From the NCBI GenBank assembly GCA_050173015.1, contig JBFXLE010000002.1, positions 160,001 through 224,000 on the forward strand: a stretch of DNA of 64,000 nucleotides, read 5' to 3'. Both the position numbers and the translations under genes were made by a program. Each line of letters opens with the position of its first letter. Position 1 is the stretch's first letter. Positions 63,758 through 64,000 of this stretch are shown here, in pieces. Under the pieces are notes generated by a model that saw only the letters and a list, made by a program, of their open reading frames with translations, had not been told where the DNA came from and searched no databases. Origin of the DNA: Calditrichaceae bacterium (GTDB lineage: Bacteria > Calditrichota > Calditrichia > Calditrichales > JBFXGD01).

Positions 63758-63786
63758 TTGCCTTTAACCGGAAAGATAATTAAATT
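63758..63786 (+). promoter_or_regulatory. Putative sigma70 promoter of tRNA-Arg
   Basis: TTGCCT-17 nt-TAAATT, 14 nt before the tRNA. Confidence 0.5.
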
Positions 63787-63800
63787 AAATGTTTTTAATT

Positions 63801-63874
63801 GCCCCTGTAGCTCAGATGGATAGAGCAGAGGCTTCCTAAGCCTTGTGTCGGGAGTTCGAATCTCTCCAGGGGTA
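63801..63874 (+). tRNA. tRNA-Arg (CCT); CCA not encoded
   Basis: GCCCCTG/CAGGGGT acceptor, AGCTCAGATGGATAGAGC D-arm, GAGGC-TTCCTAA-GCCTT anticodon arm, GTTCGAAT T-loop. Confidence 0.95.
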
Positions 63875-63923
63875 CTTATTTTGATGACAAACCCCATTGA
63901 AAACTGAAATCAAAGGAGTCATA

Positions 63924-64000
63924 ATGCTGAAGCCGAAGAAAAAGTTAAGCAAAAAAGAAATCAAGCAGGATAAATTTGTTAAAATCGCTTTGGAAGCAAA
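63924..64000 (+). CDS. N-terminus of a CDS (3' truncated), likely YfgM/TPR-type membrane-anchored protein
   Basis: AAGGAG RBS; MLKPKKKLSKKEIKQDKFV..., open to window end. Confidence 0.6.
   Translation, partial: MLKPKKKLSKKEIKQDKFVKIALEA

Overview
This window is AT-rich chromosomal core genome from a diderm (LPS-making) bacterium. Gene content (lpxA, split hldA/hldC, GWxTD protein, DUF6588-like and PorV/FadL-like barrels, smc, separate secD/secF) suggests an FCB-group lineage such as Calditrichota; that placement is inference only. It holds about 53 CDS, mostly housekeeping (DNA repair and segregation, envelope, Sec, purine, lipid, translation), plus tRNA-Ile2(CAT), tRNA-Arg(CCT) and RNase P RNA. 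I see no mobile element, prophage, CRISPR array or recognisable defence island. The best candidate for something undescribed is the only minus-strand block (20353-29808), a likely six-gene operon. It links two paralogous lipoproteins, a PdxJ-fold protein lacking nearly all catalytic residues, a GH2-fold membrane protein apparently lacking its nucleophile, SMC and a GWxTD protein. Other highlights: an uncalled 31-aa bS22/mS38-like ribosomal protein, a probable AUU start codon for NAD kinase, a degenerate UshA-like CGC-motif lipoprotein, a structured leader with a Trp-codon uORF before chorismate mutase, an MrfAB-like repair pair and a 740-aa orphan. All family calls come from motif recognition by eye; no searches were run.
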